A DNA stretch of 64,000 nt, taken from NCBI RefSeq assembly GCF_009834535.1, contig NC_045696.1, positions 108,192,001 to 108,256,000 on the forward strand, in the 5' to 3' direction. Of this stretch, positions 1-14,025 are shown piece after piece. Source of the stretch: Camelus ferus (Eukaryota). Below the pieces are notes generated by a model, which saw only the letters and a list, made by a program, of their open reading frames with translations, was not told where the DNA came from and ran no database searches. Numbering within the stretch: position 1 is the stretch's first letter; each line of letters opens with the position of its first letter. A program made the translations under genes and the position numbers.

Positions 1-199
1 CGGGACTGCTGCATCCTAGAAAGCCCCAGCCAGCCCAGGTGGGCATCGGTGGAGCTGGCCAGGCCCACAGGAGCAGCGGCAAGACTGCTGCCGTCCAGGG
101 GAGTGCGCTCAGGGCTGCTCTGCCTCTAAGCCCACTGAAGCCAGACCAGACACACTGGGTGTGGGGAATTTGGTGTCCTGGCTTTGTTCTCCTTTGAGG

Positions 200-300
200 C
201 AGGAGAGTCCTCTCCTCTCCTTTTTGATCATTCCAGGGCTGACTTCCCAAGGGCAGTGTTATTTATAGTGAGGACAAGGTAAGCTGGCCACTTGGGCCTG
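200..300 (-). promoter_or_regulatory. Candidate core promoter (TATA/MEF2-like CTATAAATAA) of a gene transcribed leftwards out of the window
   Basis: + strand TTATTTATAG at 259-268 reads CTATAAATAA on the minus strand, fitting both TATA and MEF2 YTAWWWWTAR consensus. Positions 1-230 are GC-rich, repeat-free and 5'UTR-like. No CDS is identifiable. Confidence 0.35.
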
Positions 301-675
301 ATGGACAAGGGGCTCCCCGGACCAAAGGCCTTTCTATGGGTCGAGAGAGCACGTTTCAGGGTTCAGGAGCTTCCTGGTGGAAAGGGACAACTTCTTCCCA
401 GACCCTGACTCAGTTATGGCCTCTTGTTGCATCCCTTTTTGACATCAAAGGTGAGAATAAAAAAGAAGAGGAAAGAGAGCTACAGGATTACAGACAAAGA
501 AGAGATTTGGTGAATCACACGTCATGGAAACTCTGGGTCTTAGTTTTTGCACCTGCAAAATGAGGAGGCTCCAATACATCACTCGTTCTCAACACTTTTA
601 TTTTCTTTTTTGTTAGAAACTCCTCTGAAAAGTCATTGAAAACTGGGGACACTCACCCCAGAGTGGTACATACCT

Positions 676-709
676 GTGTGTGTGTGTGTGTTTGCGCGCA
701 CGCGCATAT
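676..709. repeat. (TG)n/(CG) alternating purine-pyrimidine tract
   Basis: gtgtgtgtgtgtgtgtttgcgcgcacgcgcatat read directly. Confidence 0.85.
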
Positions 710-1604
710 GGGGATAGCTTTTTTCATATGATTTTGAGAAATTCATGAACGCTTGGAATCTGTCCATGGATCTTATGTTTAAAACCCCAACATTAGGTGA
801 TGTATCCCTCCCTTCCAAAGTTCAGCTTCTCTGATTCTCCTATAGGGAAAGGGTGGGAGGCATGGTGGAAAGGAGGGCTGGTGGTTGGTGGGGTGACATG
901 ACCCACATCACGATGGAAACCGGTCTCAGTGGCCAGAACCCCAAGTGCTTGGCCCTGGCAGTCACGCCACCTCCAAATGAGTTACTGGAATGTAAGAATG
1001 TAGATTGATGAGAGCAATAAACCATTTTCAGATTCTCTGGGCAGGGGGACGGCAGGTGTGCAGAGCAGGCAGCCTTCTCTGCCAGTTTTGGAGGAAGAAC
1101 GCCCCAGAGACCGGGCATGAACCAGTGTTGGTGCAGCTGAACCAGTGGGGGGGAGACTGCCTGCCTCTCATCAAAACTATCTACTGCCTGCATCTGGGGC
1201 CCTCAAGGTTCCTGCATGGTGCGCACCTAGCAGCTGACACTTTGGGGCTCCAAGGGACCTTGCATGGGCAAAGCTATGGGGACGGGAGTAGGAGGACACC
1301 TAGGACACCCACAGGGCTGTCATCGTCAGGGTCGTGGTCATTTAGGGCATGGAGGGCTTGGCGGCTGAGATGAGTGGTAGCAGTGAGGTGGACCCCTGGG
1401 AAGCAGAAAGTTTCCCAGAGGCACATCCTCAGGGGTGTAGCATGTCATACCCCTGGGATGTCCATCTTGCCCCAAAGGTCAGAGAAGGATGGATCAGGTT
1501 AGAATGCAGCCTCTGCTTCCCAACCTCCCAGATTGTTGTCAGCCAGGCTGGGAAAACCTCACAAGGCTGTACCCCTAGATGGGTTTCCTCAGGTGAGACT
1601 CTGG

Positions 1605-1771
1605 CCTCCTTCCTTCCTTCCCTTCTTTCTTTCTCTTTTCTTCTTTTCTTTCTCTTTTCTTCCTTCCTTCCTTCCTTCCTTCCTTCCTTCCTTCCTTCCT
1701 TCCTTCCTTCCTTCCTTCCTTCCTTCCTTCCTTTTTCTTTCTTCCTTCCTTCCTTCCTTCTCCTTCTTTCT

Positions 1772-1854
<83 letters not shown>

Positions 1855-1948
1855 CTCTTTCTTTCTCTCTTTCTTTCTCTCTTTCTTGCTTTCTTGATTT
1901 CTTGCTTTCTTTCTCGCTTTCTCTCTTTCTCTCTTCCTGCCTTCCTTC
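1605..1948. repeat. Compound (CCTT)n/(CTTT)n polypyrimidine microsatellite
   Basis: About 340 bp of nearly pure C/T in tetramer runs. It explains the low-complexity SFLP/KEGR ORFs. Confidence 0.98.
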
Positions 1949-2371
1949 GTCCAGAAATGGAGAGAAAGGGTGTGTTCCACCGCCTTTCCAGGCACTGACT
2001 CCTCTCCCAGGACACTGGTGTGGTGCTCTGCCAAAGAGCTCTGCCTGGCCCACCAAGAGGCACCTGAGGAGCCAGGACCAGGGGTGACCAGAGTGAGGGG
2101 TAGGGGAGGAGGGCAGGTAAAGCTGATGCTGGGCCAGAGACCAGTGCGGAAAGCAGGGGTCAATGTCAAGGTATCAAGGTCAGACTCAGACTTGGGGGCC
2201 TGAAGACAGACATCAAGCCAGCCTACAGCAGAAACCCCTGACTCTGCTTCCACGGCAGGACAAGGGCTGCGTGAGCCACTTAACGTCTCTGAGCCGCAGC
2301 TTCCTCATACTCAACCTGGGACTAGTAACTTCTACCTGGCAAAGTGCTTGTCAGAGTGGACAATGAATGTA

Positions 2372-2823
2372 CAGATGGTTCCCCACTTACAATGGTTCCA
2401 CTTATGGTTTTTTGACTTTATGATGGTGGTACAGCGACATGCATTCAAAATTGTCCTTCAGATTTTGAATTTTGCTCTTTTCCTGGGCTGGTGACATGCA
2501 TACAATACTCTCTGATGCTGGGTAGTGGCAGCTGTGGCTCCCAGGTGGCCACATGATCATGAAGGCAAACCATCGATACACTTACAACCATTGTTTTTCA
2601 CTTTCAGTACAGTATTCAGCCAATTACAGGAGATATTCAACACTTTACTATACAGTAGGTTTTACGTTAGCGGACTTAGCCCAGCTGTACGCTAAGGTAC
2701 ATGTTCTAAGCACGTTTAGAAGTTAAGCTATCTAATGTATCCAATGCACTTTTCACTTACAATATTTTCAACTTACAATGGGTTTATCAGGATATAACTC
2801 CGCTGTTTGTTGAGGAAGATCTG
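2372..2823 (-). mobile_element. Tigger4 (MER46/Zombi)-type TcMar DNA transposon derivative, inserted into a MIR
   Basis: Terminal inverted repeats CAGATGGTTCCCCACTTAC ... TGAGGAAGATCTG, with TA target duplication at 2370-2371 and 2824-2825. MIR-like sequence lies on both flanks. Confidence 0.85.
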
Positions 2824-3660
2824 TAAGTCATTTAACACATTCGTGGCACAAAGAAGCAGTGTAATTCACAGTAGGTCATTATAATCACATTTTGGCTACC
2901 AAGCAAGGTCCTTGGACAGGTGGGGTGGGTGGTTATGAAAATGAGTAAGATGAACCCTCAGTTCTCATTTTGCTCATAACTTCACAATTATCATGTAAGT
3001 CAGACTGTGATGAGTGCTGTCACAAGTGAAACCACTGCTGCTGAATTTCTCCTGTGACCCCATAATTGCTCACTTGTGATCACCTCTCAAGTGATCAACT
3101 CCCTGCCCCCACTCCAGACAAAGCTATTACAGAATCAGGCTTCCAATGACGGTCTCCTAACTTGGATTACAAATGTGGGTTAGAATTTCTCAGGGTCACT
3201 GCCAACTGTCTCTCAGGTAACTGGCACTGAAGGCCATGCACAATGGCATTCTCTAAGGATGGCTTTCAAACTTTAAGGTTATGCTCGAGGGAGGACCCTT
3301 TTCTGCCATGGGCCATTGAACCACAATGGGAAAAAAACTGAGGACCACAGAACTAAAGAGAAATCAGACTTTTTTTTCCCCCCAGAGAAATACAAAGCTC
3401 TTACTTATTCGCTTTCCTAATTAGAGCAGCTCCCTAAGTAAGTTCAACAAATGGGAAAACAACACCCCTTTGTTTATATATAACCACTTATTAATGGAAA
3501 TAGATAAGGCAGGGGAAGGTAGGGAGACACTGAGCTGGGGTGGTGGGGGCAGAGATGGAAAAGTAAAGACTGATGGGGAAGCACAAGGACTGGGAGATAC
3601 AGAGAGAGACCCAGACTAGAAGCAAAGATAAGTCAGGGCCCCGAGAAAGGAGGACAGGAG

Positions 3661-3663
3661 TGA

Positions 3664-3717
<54 letters not shown>
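3661..3717. repeat. (TG)n microsatellite
   Basis: Direct reading. Confidence 0.98.
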
Positions 3718-3720
<3 letters not shown>

Positions 3721-3770
3721 ATGTGCAGGAATGAGAGCAAGGTGGGTATTCTAAGCCATATCCTCTAAAC

Positions 3771-3989
3771 CAGGGTCGGAAAAATTTTTCTGTAAAGAAC
3801 CAGATAGTAAATATTTTAGGCTTTGTGGGCCATATGGCTTTTGTCGCTGCTGCTCAACTCTGCTGTTGTAGGGCAAAAGTGGCCATGGACAACATGTGAA
3901 AGAATAGGCATACTGTGTTCCAATAAAACTTTATTTACAACAGCATGTGGCGGGCCAGATTTGACCCAGTGGCCAGTCTGTGACCCCTG
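3771..3989 (+). mobile_element. MER58A (hAT-Charlie MITE)
   Basis: CAGGG...CCCTG ends, core ccagatagtaaatattttaggctttgtgggcc, and 8-bp TSD ctctaaac/ttctaaac. Confidence 0.9.
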
Positions 3990-6015
3990 TTCTAAACAGT
4001 CAATAAACAGTGATCTCTCTTCTGGACTTTCAAGGTGTAGTACCTCTAAATAGCTCTGTTAAGTCCTACAAGGACCAAGGCTGCCAGGCCACCCTCTCCT
4101 CCAGACTACAAAAGCTGGACCACTTTTCTCAGAAAGATGGAGGCACCAGGAAGGGTTGCTTCATCTTGGGTAGGCGGTGGGGTGAGCTGGGTGGTGAATG
4201 CAGGCAGGCCAGCCAGACCCAGCCAGCCAGCAAGGGGCAGGGTGGCAGCCCCCGCCCCAGAGCTCGCCTGGGCTTCCTTGGGAACACCTCCCTTCCAGGT
4301 GCAAGGCCTCCCTCCAGCCCTCAGCCCTGTCTTTCGTCCCAGCCCATAATGATTCTGACCTCTGGCATTTCAAGAGTCTGCTGTTCCAAAAATGTGGTAC
4401 TCTAATCCATCTGTTGTTGAAATTCTGGAAAGAGAAATAAATAATTTGAGGCACATGGTGGATTCATCAAGGAAAGCCCTGGGAGAGAAGCAGCAGAAAG
4501 ACGGCAGAAGTGGAGAAGGGAAGAAGGCTCTCGGGGAGTTATTTATCTCTCTGCTCCTCTTCCTGAGAGGACGGCAGGGGCGGGGCCGTGGGTAGCTGCT
4601 CCTGGAGCCTCTGAGACACCAGATGTGGGCTGACCTCATGGCGGTTTCCAGCTCTGGTTGTCTAGGCTGCTTAGGTTTCCCGACATGTAGATTTATATAA
4701 CGCTGTGCCCCTGCAGAGTTCAAGGCATTCGGTGTGATATATTGGAAAAACGCTGCCTTAATTGTTGGGGGATCTGGGACATCAGTCTGGTTCTGCTGGG
4801 TAACAGAGGTTGGGCTAGACCAGAGTTTCTAATTGTGCTCTGAGAATCCTGGGAGGAGTGTCCTGTGTCCGGCGAGCTTGGGAACAGCAGTGCTGAACTG
4901 CTTTTAAGCAACTAAGCTAAACAAGTTCTCTGACTGCAGAGTCTCGCACATCCCTTAACGTGTGGATGCGCTTTGCGATGACCGGGGGCCACGACCACAG
5001 CGTGTCTGTGATTGTTGCCCATCCAGTCCTCCACACACTTTTCTCCTTCCCAGGTTTCAGGAGCACAACCAGTCCCAGTTCCTCTCCTCTCAGACAACAT
5101 TTCACATCTTTTCCTCTGCTCAGCCTGTATCTGTGCGAGTGACTAAGGGTCTGAACCTGGTTCTCCATTCTTTCCCACGTGCACTCTGTGTGCACATCAT
5201 TCTCAGGCTTGACCCAGAACACCCACGCAGGTTAGTTTACATCTCTAGCCTTGACTTCTTGCTGGGACTTAGATTTCCGGAGGACTTTTCCCTGCAGACA
5301 TCCCTCTATCCTTTCAACAAAGAAATGTCCAAACCCGACTCATCCTCTGCCCCTCGTCCTCTGCATCCTCCCCTGGGACTCAGTCTCAGGCTCTGGCTGC
5401 GTCATACCACACGCCTGCCCGTCATTGGAGGAGCCCCTTATTTGTAGAATTTCTGGCGAACGACTGCTACATGCATCCTTGTTACAATCTCCCTTGAAAC
5501 ATTTTTTCAAGAATATACCATGTCTTCCTTTTGCCTACAGAACCGAGTGCAAACTTTATGCTTGGTTTCTCTTGGTCCAGGACTCACATCGCCTAGACCT
5601 CTCCGTCCTACAGATTGAGATAAGACCCACTTAGGACTTCAAATCCCTCTCCCCTGAGTAGTTCGTATAGGGGGTGCCCCTTCTCCCCGACTGGTTAGCA
5701 CCGTCACACAGCTGGGCATATCCACTGTCACCCATAAGGACCCCTGCCCCCTAACTACCTAACTAGGGTATAAACTTGGGGAAAGGGCACTGTATATTTC
5801 ACAGATCTTTCATGTCCCTTGGAGTCTAGCAGGGGCAGGAAACTCTTGGGCATCCAGTATATATTTTGAGGTTGACTGATAATTTTTGGGTGGCTAATTA
5901 TGCTTAAATAGTAGCAAGAGCTGCAAAATTGACAGCAGACATCAGTGACAGCATTTTGGGCTCAAGAAATCAATTGCTGGGCAAAGTTACTGCTCTGTCC
6001 TTCCAGGAAGGACAC

Positions 6016-6049
6016 TGTATCAGGGTTCTCCAGAGAAACAGTCTGTCTG

Positions 6050-6093
<44 letters not shown>

Positions 6094-6512
6094 GGGAGAG
6101 AGAGATTTATTTTAAGGAATTGGCTTATGTGGTTGTGGGAGTTAGAAAGTCTGAAATCTGTAGGACAGGCCAGCAGTTTAGAAATTCAGGGAAGAGCCGA
6201 TGATGCAGTCTTGAGTTTGAGTTTTGCAGGGCAGCAGGCTGGAAACTCAGGAGGGTTCCAATGTTGCTGTCTTGAGGAAAAAAAAACAACTCCTTCTTTT
6301 TTAGGAAACTTCAGTCTTTGCTTTTAAGGCCTTCAACTGATCGGGTGAGACCCACCCATAACTACGGAGGATAATTTGCTTTATTCACAGTCTACTGATT
6401 TAAATATAAATCACATCTTAAAAATGTTTTCACAGCAGCACTTAGACTGGTGTTTGACCAAACATCTGGAACCATAGCCTAGCCAAGGTGACACATAGAG
6501 TTAACCAATGCA
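6016..6512 (-). mobile_element. MLT2-type ERVL solo LTR containing a (CTAT)n microsatellite (~6041-6092)
   Basis: tgtatcagggttctccagagaaacag ... atttattttaaggaattggctt ... ccatagcctagccaaggtgacacatagagttaacca matches the reverse complement of MLT2. Confidence 0.85.
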
Positions 6513-6819
6513 AGTACTTTTGGGAGTCTGCAGGCTCCTTGAAGGCACGTTGTCTGGCTTCCTTTTGGTCTGGACAGGACTTCAGAACACCTGATCAGAG
6601 GGAGTGGACTGAAGCCCAAGCCTGCTGCTTGTCACCCTGAGGAGCAGGGCACTGGCCTGGACTGTACCCCTGATGAATGATGTGCCCCAATTTCTTTGTC
6701 TGTAAAAGATGACGACTAAGTTTCCTTTAGCTCCGACATTCTACCCTGAGTATCAAGTAGGGTCAGCATCTATAAAATGGGAGTAGTAATACCGAACATG
6801 TAGCAAAATTTGATCATGA

Positions 6820-7045
6820 AATGGGCACTGTTGCATGACTTCATGGGAAATAACCAATTGAATCCTCCCAACAATCCAGTTCGATAGCAGCTGTTCTGTT
6901 TCCATTTTACAGATGAAGAAACTGAGGCATAGAGAGATTAAATAACTTTGGCCCAATTCACACATCTAGACAGCGGCAGAGCCAGACTTTGAACCCATGC
7001 AGTCTGGATCCAGAGTGTGAGCTCCAACCATCACAGCATGCTGTC
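6820..7045 (-). mobile_element. MIR SINE
   Basis: Core ccattttacagatgaagaaactgaggcatagagagattaaataactt ... gaacccatgcagtctggatccagag. Confidence 0.9.
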
Positions 7046-8339
7046 TCTCAGACGACCTCACAGGGCGGTGTGCAGAATGATGGATTTGCAAATGGATTTG
7101 CAAACATTCTGTGCATACTGAAGACATATATGGCCCTAAGGTATCATGACTGTTAAAGGTTTGTCCCTTGGGTGCTTCCATGAGCAACCCCTGGGGGATG
7201 GATTCTCCTAACTGAATCCTAACTGAGCTCCATCTGGCAGCCCCTTGCACACTGTCAGCTACACAACAAACTCAGCTGATGTGCAGTAAACACTGGGGCA
7301 GTGGGCTGAATCACAGGTGTGCAAACAAACCACTTCTGGATGCGACCTCAGTCTTCAGTCCAGTCCCTGGTGGGTGTGGATGGAAGGAGGCAGCCCTATG
7401 CCCCTCTTATCTTTGGGCAAAGAATCAGAAGAACAACTCTCAGCAGTTCATATTTACCTGTTTATACCCCTTTGTCAATTTCTTGAAAAATACAGCACTC
7501 CCTGCGGTTTCTTTCTTCCACGCACAAACAGCCTGTCTCCCTGATGACAGGTGGCCCCAGGTGCATTTGAGCTGTTGGGCTTGAGAATACGAGGCCATCC
7601 AGTCGCCCCCCACACCAAGAGAGGAGATGAGAGAGCTACTATCCTTGAGAAGGCCGCCCACAATGGCTCTTACACTTCCGAGTCCGCCAGGAGGAGCCCA
7701 TCCCTGGACTGGCAGACCCTCAGCTTCAGACCTTCTTCTGGCCAAATGGATGTTTTGGTCCAAGGATCTGAGGAAGCCAAGGGGAGGTCAGAGGACTTTG
7801 AAGTCTTTTGTTTAATGATTCCCTGTGCTTTGGTTTTTTGTCTGCTTTTCACTATCATTTGTATCCACCAACTCGATGCCCTTCCAGGCCTGCAGCCCAG
7901 CCCCAAGGGCACTCTCTAGGGAAAGGGGAAGGGCTCGCAGACTTGGGCTATTGCTGTGACTTTCCAGCCCCATCAGTGTCTTCACCATCTCTGCATCTTC
8001 CCCACCTCTGTAGGCTGATTCAGTTGGGTGGGGAGCAGTACATCCAGGATACAACGTTGCTTGTGGCCAGGGTAGACATCTGGTTCCCAGGTGCGTGGGC
8101 CCAAGCTTCCAGAAGGCAGTGTTCACATCACAGCTTTTGTTTCCTCATCGCTCACTCCTTGCTTCTAGCAGACAATGGCTCTAGAAGCCTGCCTGTGCTC
8201 CGACTGACATTTTCTGCTGTTTTCTTCATTTCTCATTTCCCTTGGCACCTTTGAGTACTCGCTCAGTGCCAGACATTGCTAGTCATCTGCTCAGCATCTG
8301 TGCTCATCTTCTTCCCCTTACTGACACATCCCGGATTAG

Positions 8340-8730
8340 TGCAGGACGGCGTTGTGTCTAATTAGATGTATCCCTTCAAGTAAAGGTGGCCATGGGACCC
8401 AGTTCTAGTTGACGGGATGTAAGCAGAGTCCGCTGACTGAGACTTTCAGGAAAGCTATTGTATTCTGACCAATGGGGCCAACAGTTGACCTTTCCCTGTT
8501 GCCCCTCCCGGTCTTTCTGCCTGGAATACAGAGATTGCACTGCTTTCTATGGCTGTGAGGATGCAAATCATAAGGTAAGACCAGAAAAGCCAGAGGCCTG
8601 AAGGAGTCGGAGTCCTTGAACACTTCCTTGAGCTGTCATGGCAGCATTGGCTTGTCCCCTTTTGGACTCCTTGTTTCCTGAGAGGAGGGTTCCCATCACG
8701 TGCAGCCAAATGTAATCCAAACTGATAAAC
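8340..8730 (+). mobile_element. Old MaLR (MLT1-type) LTR remnant
   Basis: ggtggccatgggacccagttctag ... gcagccaaatgtaatccaaactgata, typical MLT1 motifs but highly diverged. Confidence 0.55.
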
Positions 8731-11289
8731 CTCTTAAAGAAGGAGAGTTTAAGACAAATTCTCATCTTTCTTGATCACAGTGATGGATTCCTTGCCTGTC
8801 TGTCCTTGGTTGGCTCCTCTTCTTCCCACCACCACTGACCAAGCTAAGTCAACACCTCCCTGAAGCCGCTGCAGGCAGGCTGCCCGTATTACCATAGGCA
8901 CTTTTCTGGGCTTATCTGTCTTGCTCTAATCTGGGAAGAGATTTGTGGTGGTTCATATATGTTGGGGATAACAACATTCTGGGAAGAGAAGTAGCATCTC
9001 AGTCCCATGAATGCCAGGAACCTCTACACAGCTTGTGTGTGGCTACCTTACTTTACCCAGGCATGGACACGCAAACCAATAGTCTTTTTTTTTACTAGCT
9101 AAACTTTGAATTTTGAAGACACCTGTTCCATGTCACTCTCCAATGGTTGGCATCCTGGATTTGGTCATAAATCTCTGAATATCCTAGGACAGAAATGCAA
9201 ATATCTGTTTTTGTTTGTTTGTTTGTTTTAGTTTTTGTTTTTAACACACCATTCTGCATTCTACCTCCTGCCAGAAATCATGACTTGATCACATTATTCT
9301 TTTATTTGTTGGTTCATTTTGAGCCCAAAGCATTTCAGAATCTTGTTAGAAACCTTGTTCAAGGAAGGCATTCTGTATCTCTGAGTTGGCTTGCAAAATG
9401 AGCACTTGGGCGCGATTTTCTGTGCTTCTTCTAAAGTATCTCAGGGCTTCGTTACGTCTGGAACGCGAGGATGCTAAGCTTTTGGGGCTCCCACGTTACA
9501 TCTCTTGGGATAAGAGCGAGGCAAAGTTGCTCGGGCACACCAAAGGAAATGAGGGGATAATGGTATTCTCTTTTCCAACTGCCCCCTTTAATCTTTTGAT
9601 CTAATCCTCTAAACCCCCAAATGAAAGCATCTGTGTCCACCGTCCTGAGCCAAAGTAGGGAGATGAGGGGGATGGAGCGGAGGGGAGGCTCACCAGAGAC
9701 AGAGCCTTCTGAAGATCGGCAAAAGGGAAGTGTGACAGCCAACTCCTTGGAAGGGGACAGCAGAACTGTAATTAAATTTTCTGATCTTGTTAGCCAATTT
9801 CTTCACTCACTGCCCCTGAACCAGCGAACGGGGAGGGAGGAAGGACACTGTTGCCTCAGTGGCGGCGGGGAGGGAAATGAGCTTTTCACGGATTATTGGG
9901 TTAGTTCCACTTCTCCCACTTTTTAATTTATTTGTCTGCATGTTCTCCAGAGCTGAAAAGGCTCCAAGTCCTTTTCCATTTTCTTTTAATTAGATCTGAT
10001 TTTGGAGTCTGAAACCTTGGGAGGCACTCAGGTTACAATAGCGAGATGACAACAGAAGGCCCTTTTCCCCCTGCTAGAAATCTTTTTTTTCCTTCAGAAT
10101 TTATGATTCCTAGTGTTGAGTTTCTCTTTTCTTTGCATTCCTTTCTTTCTTCTGTCTTTAACAGTTGTAGCACTGTTTGCATTGTTTATCACCTTATCCC
10201 ATTTTGCCATCTTATGGTTGAAAATCGTGAACATTCCTCACGGATTTCAAAAGAAGAGTAAGCGTTTGTTTCCACAGCCCTTTCCCTCCTATTCCTTTTT
10301 TGGATAATGGGACCCAGACCAGGAGAGTTGGCTGTGGTCCCCTCGGTGTTTAGGGGGAGTAACACGGACTTTACCTCTTCCCTTCTTTGAAGCACAAAGA
10401 CAGAAAGACAGAAACTGGCCGGAAAAAGAGAGCCGAATGAGGTCATGGTGGATAGCTTGGCTGAGCACTTAAAACCACTCTTGACTACATCTTGGGGTTA
10501 AGAGCATCTAAGGCCCCAGGTGAGAAAGCTAAACATAGAATACTTGATGGCTTGTGATGTAACATGAACCCATTACTCTGCTGCAGCCCGGGGGCACCGG
10601 ACGGCAGAGGATGTTCTTTCTTGGGGATGATGCCAAGACGGAACATCTGCCTGCTGTCGGCAGAGGCCTTCCTGGGCCCTCCGCCGCCGTGGAGAGCTCT
10701 TGTTTTGTAGTTCACCCAGGCAAGAGGCACTCTCTGGAGTTCTGCTTGGTGGCTCAGAATTTGTGCTGCTTCAGGGCATTTTGGGGGGATGGTCTGAACT
10801 AACATCGAGGCTACAGAATATAAGCAAAGAGCATGTTTGGGAAGTTGGGTTTGGGCCCTTCAAATCGATGTGTAGCCACCCTCCTGGGTATTGGAAACTG
10901 AGGCTCCGAAGAGGCCTGTGTGACAGCTCACTGGGAGTGAAAAGACATGTGTATTCAGTAATTCTGGTTCAAAGAAAAGGATTCCAATATGAGCCGACAT
11001 TGAAAGCCACAAAAGCGGAAACCGAATTTGGGTTTTGTTTTGAAGTCAAGTCTCTCCATACATGGAACGATCCAAAGGAGTCTGCTCCAGGATCAGCAGA
11101 GCAGGGGTCGAAATTGCCTTATTTTACAGACAGTTCACCAGCTCCTGAGATCTCCAGAGAGCCCAGCTGGTATTCTTTGTGGACTGTCATGAAAATGGCA
11201 AGGTGTCACATGTGAGGACAGCACGCAGTTGAGCTCTGAACCCAACAGCAGTGTTCAGCCTGGCCTGGGTGGAAGGAAGAGCTGTTCCT

Positions 11290-11570
11290 GGACATCTGGT
11301 GAGACTGCCATTGGCCTGTGGAAGACAGAGCATTTGACTTGGACCTTGAGAGATGACCAAAGTTGACACTTGAGGATGTGGGGAAGGAGGAAGGGCATTT
11401 TTAGCAGAAGGAACTCTGTAAGTAGTGGCATGGAAGGAGAGAAATATGATAGATATGTGAGGAATAGAAAGAAAGTTGGCTTGGGAAACACAAGGGTCTG
11501 TGATGGGAAAGGTCTGGAAAGGTAGGTCGGAGCTGAATCACAGAAAGCCCCAAATGGGCATCTTGCAATT
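11290..11570 (-). mobile_element. L2 LINE fragment
   Basis: gcatttgacttggaccttgag ... ggaagggcatttttagcagaaggaac matches L2 3' region, antisense. Confidence 0.65.
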
Positions 11571-14025
11571 ATAAATCATGGCATCTGCAGGAAGCGTGGG
11601 TGTGCCAGGCTGGAGAGCAGGCATGATGGGAACAGGCTTCAGGAAGAATAAACTCTCTGAGCCTCCGTTGCTTTGTGAAATGAGGGTGCTGGGCATCTTT
11701 TTCTCCCTTTTCGCTCAGCTTCCCCTCAGTGGCTGCAGAAAGAGAGAACAAACGGCTTACAAATTCTGGCCACCTTTGTTCTGGACAACTCCCTGTCTTC
11801 TCCCTTTCCTCAGAATGATGAGGGGTCAGGGAGGGGAGGGGAGACCATCAGAGAGGCAGAAAGAGAGGGAAAGAGGGAAGCAGGGAGGGAGGGAGAGAGG
11901 GAGAGATTGCAAAACTAAGGAGTTCTAGAATCCACAGATTCATAGACTCATAAAGGACAAAAATCCTTCAGAAATTCTCTGGACAACAGATCCTTAATTG
12001 CTATTATTTTTGTCACCACTTTTGTTGATAAAAGCGATGCTGCTTAAGTATTCTTACTGAAAGAAAGCAAAAGGGATCCTGGCATTTTGAAAACAACTTT
12101 TGGAGAGCTGTCAGAGTTAGAGAACAGTTGGGAAACAGATCTTCTGAATCTCCAATCCACAGAAACATCTGATGCAGTTTGGTTAAGATGCGCGTAAGTT
12201 AACACACAGAGCACACGCGAGTGTCAAACTCCACACTCCCATCACCTCGCTACAGCTGCCACTGCAGATTCTCCTGGCTGCCTCGGCCCCAGCCTGCTCT
12301 CCATCTGCCCTCTCCTCCCCGATAGAGAGAAGATGACAGAAAAACCTCCTCATCTCCCCTCAAATCACAGAATCATAGCATTTTGAGGCTAAGAGGAAAC
12401 TCTAGAAAGCCTTCCGCTATTTTACAGATAACAAAATAGTCCTGTGAATTCAAACTGTGCTAGGAAAACAGGGACAGTGAGAGACATTTACATAAGTTAC
12501 GTAACCAACGTGGGAGGCAAGAATAACGTCTAGATGTTAATGATGGATAAATCTTCCCCAAAGTGTTTTCCGTGAGATGCTGACCCTAACCTCTCGCAAC
12601 CTCTGTGGGTACCAATGGGCTTTAGGACTCAGAAACTGAGTGGATCTGAGATTCTGGAATGAGGTGATGTGAGAAAAGTACTGGAGGGGGCTGACACTTG
12701 CTCTCTCAAATGTGTCCAGTTCCATGTGGACTAAGATGAGGGCGTTGAACTTGAAGGACACCTCCCCTCCCTTCCCAGAGCCTTTCCTCAGAACGCTGAA
12801 CACCTCAGACGGCCTCATTGGCCTCCACCCACATTGCTCTGCCCGCCCTCAGACTTGGCTGCCCCTTGTGGACAAAGACCAGGGAGGGAATGGCGGGAAT
12901 CTCCTGCCTGATCAGACCTGGAGATGGAGAGATGGCTGAACAGAGCCCCAGGGCTTCTTGCCCTCTGCTGCAGTCGGTCACAACCCCAGCCCAAAAGCAG
13001 TACAAAAAAACTCCTGGAAATCAGTGTGTGTCGGTATTGCCTACTGTGGATATCAATCATTTACTGTGGGGATTAAGTTGAACGAAAGCATGAGTGAAAA
13101 CAACAATGATTTTTGAACAAATATTAAACATGTAGCTTCTGATTTCAGATTGATATGTTACAATAGCAGGGCTCAAACATCACAGAGCTAATAAAGACAT
13201 TTCGGGGCTTTCATTAGAGCAGATATTAGAATGAAAGTACGTACAGCTTCAACACATTTTATACAGTGAAATATAGTATGAACAGTTCTTTCATTAGGGA
13301 TGGGGAAATCAAATTTTAAAACCAATGTCTACTTAGAAGTTTTTCTACTGATCATCAATTCAGCACTCATTTCCAATATTAATAACTCAGCTAAGCACCT
13401 GGCAGGAGGCTTTTCTCTGCTGAGTTAATCAATTTTTTTCTGTGAACCTTCATTTGATTGATTACATCATAGTAGGTGTGACCATATGAGAAGTTGTTCT
13501 GGAAATACAATTCTCTGAAGCAGCAGTTAAAGAGCAAAGAATTAAGGAGAATGAATAAGTTCTATTTAAAATTATTTATGACAATTCTAAGAAAAATGAA
13601 GTTAAAGTAGATATAGGGGAAGCATCTGCAGAGTTTAATAAAAAAAATTAAAGATTTTTTTTTATGTGTGTATTACCCATTTTGGGGGAAATATTTTGAC
13701 CTTAAATAATCCAATAGAATATTCTTATCTAGCAGGGAAAGTAATTAAAATGAATAAATATAAGCAGGAAAGTTAAAGGTAAGACAGATCAACTTCTTTG
13801 TTCTCCACTCAAACTTCAAAGTTTAAGAGTCAGATGCTGAAAATGACTCCAGGTTCACAAATGCCAGAGGGAGGGAGGTGGTACTGAGCTGAGGGTGTCC
13901 CCTGGAGGACGCTTGTATTTGTTCCTAGGAGGCCAGTGAAAGCAATGGACTCTTAGAATGTCCTTGTTGGGCAGAAACTTAGCATTACCCACCCTCCCCC
14001 AGTTCTCCCCATCTTATACTATAAA

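Noticed and set aside
1..300. Assigning a gene name to the left-edge promoter (unverified hunch: KCNMB1 within a KCNIP1 intron)
   Set aside because: No coding sequence is in the window and I cannot verify the UTR from memory, so it needs a BLAST search.
1349..2253. Five long overlapping ORFs (155-274 aa)
   Set aside because: They are stop-free translations of the (CCTT)n/(CTTT)n microsatellite.
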